DNA of 64,000 nt from an uncultured delta proteobacterium (lineage in GTDB: Bacteria > Myxococcota_A > Polyangia > Palsa-1104): assembly GCA_963785725.1 (NCBI GenBank), contig CAWAWS010000004.1, forward strand, positions 96,001-160,000, given 5' to 3'. Positions 61,149 to 64,000 of this stretch are shown in pieces; the first letter of the stretch is position 1; each line of letters begins with the position of its first letter. Position numbers and translations under genes: made by a program. Under the pieces are notes generated by a model. That model was not told where the DNA came from and ran no database searches. It was given only the letters and a program-made list of their open reading frames with translations.

Positions 61149-63648
61149 TTACTCGGCCAGCTCGAAGTCGGTGCGCGCCTGCGGGACCGACGGCTCGAGC
61201 AGCAGCGAGCCGGGCACGCCGCGCAAGGCCGGCGCCAGCAGGCGCGAGAGTAAGTCTTCGCCGGCGACGCGCTCGCCGCCGATGCCGAACAGCTGCAAGA
61301 GCTCGCTCAACAGCGTCGTGTCGTCGGGGATCGCCTCCAGCTTGACGCGTGCCTTCTCGGACAGGCCGGCGCGCTGCTTGGCTTCGGCGACGGCGTCCAT
61401 GAGGCCGCCGTATTCGTCGACGAGGCCGTGGGCGCGGCCGGCCTCGCCCGACCAGACGTGACCGCGGCCGATGGCGTCGACCTCGGCCGTCGTCAGCTTG
61501 CGGCCGCGCGACACCTGCGCGACGAAGCGGCCGTAGAAATAGCGCAGCTTCTCCAGGATCAACACGCGCTCTTCGTCGGTGTACAGGCGCCACATGCTGT
61601 CCATGGCCGCGTGCGTGCCGCGCTCGTAGCTCTCGAAGCTGACGCCGAGCTTGTGGGCCAGGCCGCTGACGTCGAACTTGCCGGTGAAGATGCCGATGGA
61701 GCCGGTCAGCGTCGAGGGCTCGGCGTAGATGCGCGAGCAGGCGGCGGCGATGAAGTAGCCGCCCGACGCGGCCACGTCGCCGAGCGAGCAGATGACCGGC
61801 TTGACCGTGGCCGTGCGCTCGAGCTCGCGGGCGAGCACGTCGGAGGCGAGCGCCGAGCCGCCGGGGCTGTCGATGCGCACGACGATCGCCTTGACCTGCG
61901 AGTCGTCGCGCGCGCGCTGCAACGCCGCCAAGAGCGTCTGCATTCCCGTCAGGCGCATGTCGACGAGCGGGATGTACGCCGACTTGCCGTCGACGATGTC
62001 GCCGTCGACGAAGAGCACGGCCACGGCCGGCCGCTCCCAGTCGAGATCGCGCTCGACCGTCGTCGGCGGCGTGCGCAGGTTGTAGTGCCGGCCGAGCGCT
62101 TGCGTGATGGCCTCTTCGACCTCGTCGCCGTGGCGCAGTTCGTCGACGAGCCCGGCCTGCTTGGCGTCGACGGCGGTGTAAGGTCCGCGGTCGATCCAGT
62201 CGCGCACTTGGTCGGGCTTGACGCTGCGTGACTCGGCGATGCCGTTGACGAGGTGCGCGTAGGTGTCGCTGACGTAGGCTTCGCGCTGCTGTTTCGCCGG
62301 CTCCGACGAGCTGTCGCGCAGGTATTGTTCGGGCGCGCTCTTGTATTCGGCGATCTTGACGAAGTCGGCGCGCACGCCGAGCAAGTCACCGAGGCCGCGG
62401 AAGAACAGGCTCGTCGACGCCAACCCGACGAGCCGAATGCCGCCGGCCGGATCTTGGTAGACGCGCTCGGCGGCGGACGCGACGAAGTAGCCGCGCGTCG
62501 TGGTCTCGCCGATGTACGCGAAGACGTGCTTGCCGGCGCGGCGCAAGCGCATGAACGAGGCGCGTAACTCTTCGGCCGTGGCCCAGCTGCCGCCGACCTC
62601 GCCGATGACGACGACGATGCCGGCGACTTCGCGGTCGCGCTCGAGGCGGCGCATCCACGAGGTCAAGAGCGCCAGTTTGCGCGCGCCCAGCTGGCCCGTC
62701 AGCTCGATGCGCTCGAGGTGCGTCGGCCCTTGCCAGAACGTCGGATAGCGATCGCCGGAGAGGCGCCCGGCGACGGTGAAGCCGTGGGCGCGCGTCACGC
62801 CTTGGTCGCGCCCGAAGAGGCCGAACACTTGCGCGCCGATGTGCTCGAGATCGAGGGCGACGCCGAGCGCGGCGCGGATGTCGTTGACGGGCGCGGCGTC
62901 GAGGTCGATGTAGCGCTTCCACTCGAGGTCGCACTTGATCGTGACGCCGGCGGTGGGCGTGATCCACAGGCGAAAATGCGGGTCGATGTCTTCGCGCCGC
63001 TCGCCGATGCGCGCGCCCGCCGACAGCTCGACGACGTTGCTCGAGAACGGCCGCAGCGCGATCTCCGGCTCCCACACGCGCTGCAGCGGAAACTGCGCCA
63101 CCGCCGGCGACGGCAAGTCATGCAGCACGAGCGCGGCCGAGATCCAGCGCGCCGGCCGCAAGCGTCAAGGCGACGTCGAGCGTGTCGATGCCTTGCGCCA
63201 CCGGCCCTTGGTCGGCCCACACGTGCGCGTAATGCAGGCCGAGCGCGAGCGTCGAGAAGAGCCGCACCGCCAGCGCTAGGTCGAGCTTCTGCTCGTTGCC
63301 GAAGGGGAAATCGACCGGCGGGCGCAGCAGCTGCACGCCGATGCCGAGGCTGATGCGCGACAACAGCGGCAGCGGCGCGGCGAAGAAGAAGCCGTCGCCG
63401 CGCCCGCCGACGGTCTGCGCCGGATCGAGCTCGGAGTGCAAATAGACGCCCGACCACGACGGCAAGTAGGCCAGCGACGCCGGGTTCTTCTCGATGTCGC
63501 TGGCATCGGCATCGCCGGCGACGCCGACGGTCGGGTTGTAGACGCCGGGCGTGGGCGGCTCGCCGACCGGGATCTGCTTCGTCTGCGCGCGCGCCGACAG
63601 CGGCCAGATCAGGAAAACGAGCGCGACGGCGACGACGGTTTTACGCAT
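61149..63648 (-). CDS. sppA: Signal peptide peptidase SppA with long N-terminal extension (apparent frameshift near 63160)
   Basis: EYKSAPE, RIDSPGGS, VAASGGY, TGSIGIF, GHVWSG; N-terminal piece (63118-63648) carries the signal peptide. Confidence 0.9.
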
Positions 63649-63674
63649 GGGGCCGGCAGTATATGATCGGGTTC

Positions 63675-64000
63675 ATGGCGGTGACCAACGCTGAGCTGCT
63701 ACGACAGCACCCGCTTCTGGCGCGGCTGTCGTTGGAGCAGGTGCTACGCTTCGCGCAGGCGGGCGAGCTGGAGAAATTTCGCGCCGGCGAGGACATCGTC
63801 GTCGAAGGGACGCTCGGCGACTCGCTCTATCTCATTCTGTCGGGCAGCGCCGAGGTGCACGTGGGCGGCGGCGAGACGCGGCCGTTGGCGACGCTCAAGC
63901 CGGGCGAGTTCTTCGGCGAGATGTCGCTGGTCGAGCCGGCGGTGCGATCGGCGACGGTGCGCGCCGTCGACGACGCCGAGCTGTTTCGCGTGCCGCACTA
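63675..64000 (+). CDS. Cyclic-nucleotide-binding domain protein (runs off the window end)
   Basis: Read manually: MAVTNAELLRQHPLL...GDSLYLILSG...GEFFGEMSL...RSATVRA. Confidence 0.88.
   Translation, partial: MAVTNAELLRQHPLLARLSLEQVLRFAQAGELEKFRAGEDIVVEGTLGDSLYLILSGSAEVHVGGGETRPLATLKPGEFFGEMSLVEPAVRSATVRAVDDAELFRVPH

Overview
High-GC (about 70% by eye) bacterial chromosomal window, most likely an uncultured Myxococcota (Polyangia-like) genome. This is inferred from a MYXO-CTERM protease, PilZ proteins, DUF4388 response regulators, Hanks kinases, an FHA-sigma54 activator, PEGA/TPR proteins and many Cys-rich lipoproteins. Housekeeping genes (argS, hemJ, hup, uppP, carB, greA, recQ, miaE, RluA-family synthase, sppA) are mixed with signalling and envelope genes. 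I found no rRNA, tRNA, CRISPR array, integrase or transposase. Several genes (carB, an acyl-CoA dehydrogenase, the FHA activator, sppA, a PilZ gene) are broken by apparent single-base insertions that look like long-read consensus errors. Top candidate discovery: a lipoprotein gene (23895-24440, minus strand) interrupted by one in-frame TGA that is followed directly by a bacterial-SECIS-like hairpin, i.e. a possible new selenoprotein family, translationally coupled to a SAM methyltransferase gene. Other highlights: a 1761-aa TPR protein with a degenerate SIR2-like domain whose last 15 codons are tandemly repeated downstream; paired PEGA/TPR + Cys-rich lipoprotein modules; an SppA with a beta-barrel-like N-terminus; several pseudo-enzyme signalling domains; and pervasive -10 boxes directly before start codons, suggesting leaderless mRNAs. 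All family calls come from motif recognition, not database searches.
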